DNA of 64,000 nt from Paraspadella gotoi (taxonomy: Eukaryota > Animalia > Chaetognatha), in contig CM119263.1 in assembly GCA_051294375.1 (NCBI GenBank), forward strand, positions 8,257,992-8,321,991, given 5' to 3'. This document shows positions 52,743-64,000 of this stretch, one piece after another (the stretch's first letter is position 1; each line of letters opens with the position of its first letter). The position numbers were made by a program, and so were the translations under genes. The notes below the pieces were generated by a model. The model saw only the letters and a list, made by a program, of their open reading frames with translations. It searched no databases and had not been told where the DNA came from.

Positions 52743-52907
52743 CTCGTCCTCGTCCTCTTCGTGACTCGCTTTGTAATTTTGGAGCGCGAGCTTGTCAAAA
52801 TTGTGAAAAGGAATACCGCCAAGCGAGCGAGCGCCAAGCGCACCATAAACATTCTCCCGCGTCCCTCGCTCGGCGCCATAAACCGTCCCTTCCCTCCCCA
52901 GGCGCAA
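52680..52907 (-). CDS. Candidate terminal exon with acidic poly-Asp tail
   Basis: Open frame ...TVYGAERGTRENVYGALGARSLGGIPFHNFDKLALQNYKASHEEDEDEDDDD...G*. It is a GC-rich island in AT-rich flanks, with third-position variation in the GAC/GAT/GAG run. Confidence 0.3.
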
Positions 52908-53016
52908 AACCTACCCCTTATTTACGCTTCATTATGCATACCTTGCGGCCGACATAAATTTCTCTACCCACTTACTGATTTTTTTTTTCCTGGAATGTGG
53001 GCGTAAGATGAAAGAG

Positions 53017-53106
<90 letters not shown>

Positions 53107-54797
53107 ATAAAAAGGCGGTAATTGCGAGAATCCCTTTTGTGGGCGCATGAAAGAGTAATAAGGGTTCACCTCCGTGAAAAAAAAATGTTCTTCGATTAGA
53201 TTATGGGTGAGCAAGAAATTTCGATCGTGATCGTGACTGGGAATGTGATTGTGATTGTGATTCTTGATAAAAAAAAGTTGAGTACGACGAGAAATCGAGG
53301 ATTGACTGCTGGAAAAAAGAAAGGAGTAATATGATGATCGGATGATAGGAAAAGCTTTGATTTTCACAGAGATTAGGGTTTTTGAAAATGATAATGAGAC
53401 AAATCGAAAGTATCCTCGCTGGAAACAAAATAATGGACAAACTTTGAAGAGCGCGTTATGAGGAAAAGAGGGGATACAGTTTTGGGTCCCTGATGAGTTC
53501 AATAGGTTAAGAGTTCAATGCTTTGAGCGAAAAATGATATAGTTGACTAATATTTCGTCTTTAACGATGTCACATTTTGAAATTTTTGAGGGATGAAGAA
53601 AATATCTTCGTCTTGTCGAATGTCGAGGAGTCGTCGAGTTGAGGAGTCGAGGTAGTTGATTGATGAGTCGAGTGAGGAGTCGAGTGAGCAGTCGAGTGAG
53701 CAGTATAGTAAAGAGTCGAGCTCTTTTTTTTTGTCGACTTTGATTCTTGGATTCTTGGATTCTTTGATTCGTGCGGATTGAGACTCGCTTGTTACTAAAA
53801 TTTTGGTTTATTCTATAAATTTCAGTCTTAAAATGTCAAATTTTACTTATATTACGACTGTCAATTTTTAATGTTTGATGTTTGATGTACCTTGTACAAT
53901 GTGCAAATAAGTTCTGAATTCCAATTAAAATTGTTGGTAATTAAAATTAAAATTTTCTCTTTTTATTTAACTGCAAACTTGTATTCTAACTTAGATTATT
54001 GATTTTAACTCTTTTCGCTAATTACTAATTTGGAATTCCATGTCTTCCAATCGTTTAATTTTATTTTTTAGTTTCCGATTTTTCCTTTTGTTTTATATAT
54101 AAATTCGTGAGTTTCAACTCCGCCTTGACTTCCCAGTTCCATTTGTGACTCTGACTCATTCGAGTTTATAAAAGTTGAATCAAAAAATCGCGACGAGAAT
54201 TTTGAAGAGGAACGCCTTTTCCCTCGCCCCGCAACCCGCGCCCTCTCGTTTCCCCGCGCCCTCCCATCTCCCCGTCCCCTTTCGTGCGTACACGCCCTTC
54301 CGTTACCACGCAGCCTACAGTCGCTTCCTACCCAGCCGTTTCCAAGCGCCCNNNNNNNNNNNNNNNNNNNNNNNNNNNNNNNNNNNNNNNNNNNNNNNNN
54401 NNNNNNNNNNNNNNNNNNNNNNNNNNNNNNNNNNNNNNNNNNNNNNNNNNNNNNNNNNNNNNNNNNNNNNNNNNNNNNNNNNNNNNNNNNNNNNNNNNNN
54501 NNNNNNNNNNNNNNNNNNNNNNNNNNNNNNNNNNNNNNNNNNNNNNNNNNNNNNNNNNNNNNNNNNNNNNNNNNNNNNNNNNNNNNNNNNNNNNNNNNNN
54601 NNNNNNNNNNNNNNNNNNNNNNNNNNNNNNNNNNNNNNNNNNNNNNNNNNNNNNNNNNNNNNNNNNNNNNNNNNNNNNNNNNNNNNNNNNNNNNNNNNNN
54701 NNNNNNNNNNNNAAATGTCGAAACTCCTCCAAGTGGAAGAGAAGAGAAAGAGAAGAGCGGCGCGGCTGGGAGAGAGAAAAATTATGCTAAAACCGTT

Positions 54798-54860
<63 letters not shown>

Positions 54861-54956
54861 TGAAACGAATATTATACGTACATCTTGATGAATGAAATGC
54901 TTATAATCGCATAATTTCCTTTCATTTTTTAAAAAAAGACATGGTTAGCGCATGCT

Positions 54957-54997
<41 letters not shown>

Positions 54998-55574
54998 GGG
55001 AGAGAGAATGAGAGACGGAATAAGAAAAAAAAATCCTTGTTACATTTGAAATTTTCTTCCAAATTGATTCGGAGAACCATTAGAGCGGCCGGCTGAGAGT
55101 GCGGCGGCAGCGGCCGGAAACGTCGGCAGCGGCGGCGGTGTCGTCGGCGGCGGCGGAAGCGGCGGCGGTGTCGTCGGCGGCGGCGGAAGCGGCGTCGGAG
55201 GCCGGGACAGGCGCCGCTTGAAATGTGGCAGGAAATCAAGAAATTAAAGCAATTTTTTTAAACCTCCAAGCGTAAAGATAGAGAGAGAGGGGGAGAACGA
55301 GGCAAAGAGTGATAAAGAAAGAGAGAGATAAAGAGAGAGAGNNNNNNNNNNNNNNNNNNNNNNNNNCTAAATAAAAATACACCCCAGGGGGAGGGAGAAG
55401 GAGGAAAGGAGGCAAAACGACACACTAACACCCACCCACCCTTTCTCTCACGCTATTTCTCTGTGTTAAAAAGAATCATGCTGGCTGGAGGAAGGAAGGC
55501 ACAGAAACCTTTAAAAAAAACAGGGGAGGAAACGATTCTTATTTTTTTTTTTTTTACTATTCTTTCCCCAATGC

Positions 55575-58500
55575 CTAAAAAAGCAAAATAAAAAACTGTA
55601 AAAAAAAAAAAACGGGCCAAACGTCTTTTCTTCCAATGCTTAAAAAGCGAACGTTAAAAAACACCGATAATAAAATTTCACAATACAAAAAATGAAATAA
55701 CACGCACTTTCTAAAGTAAAAAAGTAACAAAAATCGATCTAAATACACCGTGGTCCAAGCACGACATATTTCCAAAGAGGAGAATCGGGGATAACAACCT
55801 TTTTTGAAAAAACAAAGCCCAGAAAAACAAAAAAGAAGGAAAGAAAAAAAAAAAAACGCCTTTTTTTCCAATTGTCGTAAAAACAGAACTGATAAAAAAA
55901 AAATTCTATTTTTAAAAACGCATATTTTCACAAGAAAAAAGAAAATACAAAAACGTAAATACCTTTCTGCAAATAACATCATCGAGGTTGTTAAAATTGG
56001 CCGATCGAGCGACATCGTTATTAAATATCTATTTTATCCACAAAACAAACAAATTTCCTCCCCTTTTATTTTTATGGTCTCCTTTCTCCTCTTCTATCTT
56101 CTCTCTTTAATTTATGTAGCTTTCTCTCCACTCCTCAAAAGATAAAAACGCTATTTAAAATACACCAAAAACGGACTTTTCTCTTTCTTTAAAGAAGATA
56201 GTGCAAAAACTTTAAAAAGTAACGACGGAAAAACGAACTTTTCCAATGTAAATAAAAAAGAAATTTAAAAACTTAAAAAAAAAAAATAAACGGCCTGCCC
56301 AAACGTTCTTTTTTCTTTTATCCTTTTTTCTCTTTTTCTTTCTTCCTTCCAATCGTTTTAACAAGAGTTTTTTAATAAAAAAACACCGGAAGCATACCGC
56401 AATAAACGACTTTTCTAAAAGTAAAAATTATTATAAACTAAAAAATTTGTTAGTAAAAAAAAAAAGCTGAATAAAAAAACCTTTATTATAAAACGTTAAA
56501 ATACAGCGGCAGACGATTATTTCCCAAAGAGATAAACAACTTTTTCAAAAACAAAGAAAAACGCCTTTTTTCCAATGTTAAAAAGAGGATAAAAAATTTC
56601 TCTTAAAACCACCGGTGGGGGAAAAGATATTTTCAAAGAAAAAAGAAATAAAAACGTAAATACTTCTGCCAAATAACCATCATCGAGGCTGTTAAAATTG
56701 GCTTGAGCGGACAGGTTATTAAATATCTTTTTATCAAAACAAACAAATTTCCCTCTCTTTTATTTTTATGTCTCCTTTCTCTCTCTCTTTTCTCTTTAAT
56801 TTTATTTAGCTTTCTTCTCACTCTTCAAAAGATAAACGTTAAATACACCAGGAAACGACTTTTTTCTCGCCTAAAAAGCATATGCAAAACCTTTAAAAAT
56901 AACAGAAAACGATCTTTTTTTTCAATCGTAAAAAGAAATAAAAACTTTAAAAAAAAAAACCGGCCCGCCAAACGTTTTTCTCCAATGATAAAAATATAAA
57001 AAAAAACACCGATAAACGCACCACTTTTCTAAACGTAAAAATTGTCTTGAAAAAAAAACCTTAAATACACGGCCCCAGACGCCATATTCCAAAAAGATAA
57101 CAACTTTAAAAACAAAGGAAAAACGCCCTTTTTCCAATGTAAAAAGAGCCAAAGTAAAAAAAAATTTCTTCAAAACACCGGAAAACGATATTTTCAGCAT
57201 AGAAAAGCAAATACACAAACGTTAAATACTTCTGCACAATAACATCATCGCAGGTTGTAAATTGCATAACGGTGGAGGACAGCCTTATTAAATATCTTTT
57301 TATCAAAACAAACAAATTTCCTCTTTATTCTTTAGTCTCCTGTCTCTCTCTCTTTTCTCTCTTTAATTTTTATTGTAGCTCTCTCACTCTCAATAGATAA
57401 ATACGTTAAATACACCATAAAAAACGACTTTTTGTCTGTTAAAAAGATATGAAAACTTTAAAAATACAGAAAACGATTTTTTCCAATGTAAAAAGAAATA
57501 AAAACTATAAAAAAAAAAAACGGCCAAACGTTTTTTCCCAATGTAAAAAGAGTTAAAAACACCGATAAACGACTTTTCTAAAGTAAAAAGTAATAAAAAC
57601 GTTAAATACCACCGGCAGACGACATTTCCAAAGATGATAACACTTTAAAAACAAAGCAAACAAAACGCTTTTTCCAATGCTAAACAAGAGATAAAAAATT
57701 TCTAAAACAACCGGAAAACGATATTTTTCAAAGAAAAAAGAAAATAAAAACGTTAAATACTTCCTGCCCCAAATAAACATCATCGAGTTGCTCTAAAATT
57801 GCGGTGCAGCGACAGTTATTAAATATTCTTTTTATCAAAACAAAACAAATTTCCTCTCTTTATTTTTATGCTCTCTTCTCTCTCTCTTTCTCTTTTCAAT
57901 TTTCATGTAGCTTTCTCTCCACTCTCAAAAGATAAACACGTTAAATACACCAGCCGAAAACGACCTTTTTCTCTGTAAAAAGATATTTGAAAACCTTTAA
58001 AAATAAACCAGAGAAACGATTTTTTTCAATGCTAAAAAGAAAAAAAAACTTCCCCCTTAAAAAAAAACGGCAAACGTTTTTTTCCAATGCTAAAAAATAT
58101 AAAAAAAACACTGATAAACGACTTTTCTAAAGCCTAAAAAAGTGCATAAAAACGTTAAATACCAGTGTGCCCAGACGATATTTCCAAAGACGATAACAAC
58201 TTTAAAAACAAAGAAAAATGCCTTCTTTCCAATGCCTAAAAAGAGATAAAAAAATTTTCTAAAACAGCCGGCGAAAACGACATTTTCAAAGAAAAAAGAA
58301 ATAAAAACGTCTAAATACTTCTGCCAAATAACATCATCGAGCGTTGTTAAAAATTGCGTGAGCCCCCGACATTATTAAATATCTTATTGTTATCAAAACA
58401 AAAAATTTTCTCTCTTTTATTTTTATGTCTCCTTCTCTCTCTCTTTTCTCTTTAACTCTTTATGAGCTTTCTCTCACTCTCAATAGATAAAAACGTCTAA

Positions 58501-59997
58501 ATACACAGAAAAGACTTTTTTCTCGCTAAAAAGCATATGAAAACTTTAAAAAATAACAGAAAACGATTTTTTCAATGCTAAAAAGACAATAAAAACTTTT
58601 TAAAAAAACGCGCTAACGTTTTTTCCAATGCTAAAAAAATATTAAAAACAACACGATAAACGACTTTTGCTAAAGCTAAAAGTTGATAAAACGCTTTAAA
58701 TACAGCGGCAGACGATATTTCCAAAAGATAACAACTTTAAAAACAAAGAAAAACGCTTTTTCAATGTAAAAAGAGCACTTAAAAAAATTTCTAAAACACG
58801 GCAAACGCATATTTTCAAAAGACAAAAAGAAATAAAAACGTTAAATACTTCTGCAAAATAACATCATCGAGGTTGCTTAAAATTGGGTCAGGACAGCTAT
58901 TAAATATCTTTTTCATCAAAACAAAACAAATTTTCCTCTCTTTTATTTTTATGTCTACCTCTCTCTCTCTTTTCTTTTTAATTTTATGTAGCTTTCTCTC
59001 ACTCTCAATAGGATAAAAACGTTAAATACACCAGACAAACGACTTTCTCTGTCTGTTAAAAGTATATGCAAACTTTAAAAATAACAGCAAACGATTTTTT
59101 CCAATGCCCTAAAAAGAAATAAAAACTTTTAAAAAAAAAAACGGCCAAAACGTTTTCCAATGTTAAAAAAGAGTTAAAAAAACACCGATAAACGACTTTT
59201 CTAAAGTTAAAAAGTTAATAAAAACGTAAATACACCGGCAGCATGACATTTTCCAAAGGAGATAACAACTTTAAAAACAAAGAAAAACGCTTTTCCAATG
59301 TAAAAAGCAGGATAAAAAAATTTCTATAAAACACCGGAAAACGATATTTTTCAAAGAAAAAAGAAATAAAAAACGTTATTAAATACTTCTGCAAATAACA
59401 TCATTCGAGGCTTGCCTTAAAATTCGGTGAGGACAGTATTAAATATCTTTTTATCAAAACAAACAAATTTCCTCTCTTGTTATTTTTATGTCTCCTTCTC
59501 TCTCTCTATTTCTCCTTTAATTTATGTAGCTTTTCTCTCACTCTCAACTAGATAAAAACGTCGTTAAATACACCAGAAAACGACTTTTTCTCGCTAAAAA
59601 TATATGAAAACTTTTAAAAAATAACAGAAAACGATTTTTTTTCAATGTAAAGCAAATTAAAAACTTTTTAAAAAAACCGCCGAAACGTTTTTGTCCAATG
59701 TAAAAAAATATAAAAAACACCGATAAACGACTTTTCTTAAAGTTAAAAAGCTTGATAAAACGTTAATTACAGCGGCAGACGATATTTTCCAAAAAGATAA
59801 CAACTTTAAAAACAAAGATAAAACCTTTTCTCCAATGCTTAAAAGAGATTAAAAAAATTTCTAAAACACCGGAAAACGATATTTTCAAAGAAAAAAGAAA
59901 TAAAAACGTTAAATACTTCTGCAAATAACATCATCGAGGTTGTTAAAATTAGCGTGTGAGGACGCGTTATTAAATATCTTTTTATCAAAACAAACAA
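55575..59997. repeat. Compound satellite array, ~535-bp unit, ~8 copies
   Basis: The marker aataacatcatcgag recurs near 55972, 56672, 57238, 57773, 58327, 58857, 59394 and 59925. Confidence 0.97.
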
Positions 59998-60876
59998 CCT
60001 TTGCCCCCGCCCGAAAACCCCACCTGCGCTCCTAGCATCATCGCCAACTCTGTGTGCGCTCTGGTCTCTACATACTATTCATTAACCCCTTATTGCTACA
60101 GTCACAGTATAGTATTCCCCGCATCTAATCTCTAATACTTAAGGGAGTGGTCTTTTTATACAATTGAAACAGTCTTTGAAATATTATACCACTTCATTGA
60201 TATGAAAGCCAGGTACTCTGGGAGGGAATAAACGAGACTGTGAGAGAGTCTTGATTGAAAGCTTGCAGGGACCTGCTATGTGATGGAGGCCTTAAACCAC
60301 CAAAGCCTGTCCAGTGTCCAAAGTCAGGGGCAAGATAATGGATAAGTGAACCAATTTGATAGAGAGAAATTTAAGGGGAGCAATCAATACATCTCAATTC
60401 TCTCTCTCCCTCTCGCTTTTTTTTATCCTTGTTTCCATTTAGAAAAAAAATTATTTTCGTTCAATCTCACTATAAAAAAAACCAGAAATCCAATAAGGGG
60501 ATTTTTTAAATTTCCTATTTTCCTTTAAATTTGCTCGTAATTACTCAAGTTGAAAAGGAAATGGCTAAAGAGAAGAGAGAGAGAGCATTTTATCATATGT
60601 ATGAAATTTATGCAACCAATGTATAATTATTTATCCATTTAATAAATAAGCGATCTTATCTCCTTTTTAAACTCAAGTTAAAAAGTTTTTTTCTTTTCCT
60701 CTTCCTCTTCCTCCTCTCGATCCCCAAGTCCGAATCGCTTTTTTAGTCTCCGTCCTTCTCGATATTTATATTTTTTTTTTGTTAATAAAAATCATCTCAT
60801 TTTCATTCACGATTTACGATGAAAAAAACCAAAAGATCAAAAGGATTTTAAAAGGAGGAGGAATGGGTATTCCAGG

Positions 60877-62398
60877 GAGATCCTTAACTTTCATACGTCG
60901 ATGCAAATTTGTTATACATGTGTAGTTGTAGTATCTGAATTTGGTATCTTTGGATCTGCGTCTTTCAGAGCATGTTATTAACACTATAGTATGAAGAACC
61001 CTGAGGTAGAAAAAGAAAAGAAAAATATAAAAGTCTATTGGACGCGACTAGAGTATTCTATATAATTAATCACAGATGTACAATAGATTATCTAATTTTT
61101 TACTTCTTCTCTATCATTGAGAAGAAATGATATCGTTTTTCCATTCAGTTATTTCAATTTAATAAGAGTTGTACGCGCTCTTCACTCACTCATTCTCTCG
61201 CCCACGCACGCACGATTCTACTAAGTCCTAACTACTGGCGAGTAATTCTGATGTTTATATTACTCTCGCTAGTACTAATAGCTGCAGCCGTTTCGTCTCT
61301 TTGTGGATGTGATCTATGTTTGATAAATCGGATTAAGTATTCTGCTTTAAATTATATTCATGAAATATAATAAGACAATTTTGAATGCTATTTCATTCAT
61401 ATTTTAATTGTTACCGCACGCTCGTCAAAATGTCGAATGAAGAACGCTACTCATGAGAAAAGAATACATAAGAAAAACACATAAAAGAAAAAAGAGGAGA
61501 GAGTTTGAGGTTTGTTTTTGTGAGAACTAGACGAAAGCGAGCATACTGGAGAGATTTATTAATTTTAGTTATTATATAAGGATTATTAAAGTATGATAAT
61601 GAGAATATTTTTTCATCTATAATTTTTAGGATTGGCAAGTGGCCTCAGGGCAACGACTTTATAGACGATGGCGACGAGCGGACGACGGACGAAAAGGGAA
61701 AGACGAGCGAACCGACGCCAACGCCGCCACCGCTGACGGACGACGACGACAAACGGACGACAACGCGCGACGACGACGACGCCGATCGAGACGCGGAAGC
61801 GGTCCCTTGGCGGAAGCGTTTGCATGCGCGGAATGTGGGCGAAACTGCGCGAAGAAAAGATGGCGCGTCGAAGTGAAGGCTCTCTCTCTCTCTCTCTCTC
61901 TGCGTCTCTCTCTCTCTCTCTCTCCTCTCTCGTCTCGTCGTCTCTCTCTCTGCTCTCGTCGTCATCTCTCTCTCTGCTTCTCGCAATCTCGCCCTTGCAT
62001 CCAGTCGTTATTCAGAATTTACGTTGGCTTTATAGAGACAGGTAAGAAGAAGTGGAAACAACTGCCGGTCTGAAGAAAATTAAATTGCGAAAACGAAAGT
62101 AAATCTAATCGAAAAAGATACGAATGGGAATCGACGTTCGGGTGTATTCAGTGAAATATTTTTAGGCATTATTTAATCTTTTTTCTAGCTATTTTTTTTT
62201 ATTGAAGTGGTGAATATTCTCTCTCTCTCTTCTGCTGCTCGTCTCTCTCGTCTCTCTCTCTTCTCGTCTCTCTCTCTCTCGTCTCTCTGTCTTTTTTTTT
62301 TTCTTCTTTTCTCTCTATCTGTCCACCTTTGTCCAGATGAATGTCGGTTGGGAGGGGGGGTGGGGGTGGATAANNNNNNNNNNNNNNNNNNNNNNNNN

Positions 62399-62447
<49 letters not shown>

Positions 62448-62666
62448 TCTTCTCTCTCTCTCTCTCCTCCTCATCTCTCTCTAGAGAGAGAGAGCCTTCA
62501 CTTCGACGGCCATCTTTTCTTCGCGAGTTTCGCCACATTCGGATGCAAACGTTCGCCAAGGGACGCTTCCGGTCGAGGGCGTCGTCGTCGTCGTCGTTGT
62601 CGTCGTCGTTGTCGTCGTCGTCGTCAGCGGTGGCGGCGTTGGCGTCGGTTCGCTCGTCTTTCCTTT

Positions 62667-62699
<33 letters not shown>

Positions 62700-63261
62700 T
62701 CGTCTATAAAGTCGTTGCCCTGAGGCACTTGCCAATCCTAAAAATTATAGATGAAAAAATATTATATTAATAATTCCTAAAAAACTAAATTAATAAATCG
62801 AAGCGTTTTGAGTTTCTAAAAAAAATAAAATATTCCTTTTTATGTTTTTGTTTTCCTCCACGTTCTTGATGATTTTGACGGGGAAAATTTAAAATATGAA
62901 TGAATAGATAAAATTGTCTTATTTATTCCTATTTATAAAAATACTTAATCCGATAAAGTACATCCAAGGGCAAACGGGAGCAAAAAACGATAAAACGATT
63001 CACGCCAGTAGTTAGGACTTAGGAGAATCTCGTCTTTCAGAAATGATATGAAACATCACTTCCAATTTTGATTGATGAAACATTCTTTATGAAAAAAAAA
63101 TAGTATCTTTGTCTTGGTTTTGATTATATCTTTGTTATATTTTCTTTCTTTCTTTTTTATCAGGGTCTTCAAAGTTAGTCTTCTTCGAGCAGATCAAAGA
63201 TACAATTATATACAACTAAAATTATAACAAATTTTAGCATCGAATGAAAGTTAAGGATCTC
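60877..63261. repeat. Fold-back inverted duplication 5: arms ~60877-61900 and ~62483-63261
   Basis: ttttttcatctataatttttaggattggcaagt (61608) is mirrored at ~62727-62759. Distal anchors gagatccttaactttcat/atgaaagttaaggatctc and ctaagtcctaactactggcg/cgccagtagttaggacttag. Confidence 0.95.
62624..62737 (-). CDS. Candidate terminal exon (DWQVPQGNDFIDDGDDDD...EKERRANRRQRRHR*); noisy mirror copy at ~61630-61736(+)
   Basis: Acceptor aatttttag followed by a 114-nt in-frame run to TGA, giving an acidic-then-basic peptide. No family recognised. Confidence 0.25.
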
Positions 63262-63590
63262 GGGATATATAATTCTTTCACGGTCAGAATCTTTCTTGCC
63301 TACACTTGCCTATTTCCGCGAACTCTGAGAAAAATTTAAAAAAGGGGAAAAAATGTGAGCATAACCTTTACTGTATATGATTAACTGAAAAAAAATAAAT
63401 AAGCGGTCTCTCCATAGTTGCACAAAAACGAAATGTGTGTGGCTATAAGGGAAACATTAGTGCCGCATTAAAGAATGATAATGTTAAGAAAAAGAAAAGA
63501 AATAGCTCTCTATATACCCTAAGACGAAGACGTTCCAAACTGCTGCAATAAAAAAGAAAACAGCTGCGCTTGGGAGGAGAGGAGGAAAAG

Positions 63591-63663
<73 letters not shown>

Positions 63664-63802
63664 AGAGAGAGAGAGAAGAGAGAGCTAACCGAGAAAGTGG
63701 AAGATGAAAAAAAAAACAGGACACGGTTTGCATAATTTATCTTGGGTTCCTCTCATCTGTTTGACATTTGTCAAAAGCGAGAGAATTTCGTTCTGAACGC
63801 CG

Positions 63803-63833
<31 letters not shown>

Positions 63834-64000
63834 TCTCTCTCTCTCTCTCTCTCTCTCTTCTCGTTCGTCGCTTATATGTTTCTGCGTGGCCTCCCACCAA
63901 TATTTCTCCCCTCATACCGCCTCATTTTTCTTTCAGGATTCGAAGAAAAGAGTTTTTTTGAGAAAGAACAATGAAAGAGAAAAAAAGAAAATAGAAAGGA

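Noticed and set aside
55085-55230. Gly- or Ala-rich coding repeat (30-bp duplication of gcggcggcggtgtcgtcggcggcggcggaa)
   Set aside because: Open in several frames on both strands with no clear splice signals, so coding status cannot be assigned.

Overview
Eukaryotic (probably invertebrate animal) draft-scaffold DNA, not prokaryotic. It is AT-rich, saturated with (AG)n/(GAA)n/(GAC)n microsatellites and polypurine/polypyrimidine tracts, and broken by many N gaps. The ORF track consists almost entirely of low-complexity or N-spanning frames. I recognise no complete gene, RNA gene, CRISPR array or intact transposase. The dominant structure is large-scale self-similarity: five fold-back inverted duplications (about 3.6-6.0, 27.0-30.9, 33.5-36.8, 46.3-49.6 and 60.9-63.3 kb), one ~3.2 kb direct tandem duplication (38.3-44.7 kb), a 32-bp minisatellite with 160-bp higher-order structure, and a ~535-bp compound satellite. 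The duplicated arms differ mostly by small indels and lie next to gaps, eight of which are exactly 25 N. This points to unpolished long-read gap filling or chimeric reads rather than biology, although real palindromes cannot be excluded from sequence alone. The best candidates for real function are a phased CCAAT/E2F promoter-like region at the window start, TATA/X-box and CLEAR-like motifs, and several splice-signal-bounded candidate exons of unknown genes. I found no convincing novel biological system, and the weaker leads are scored accordingly.
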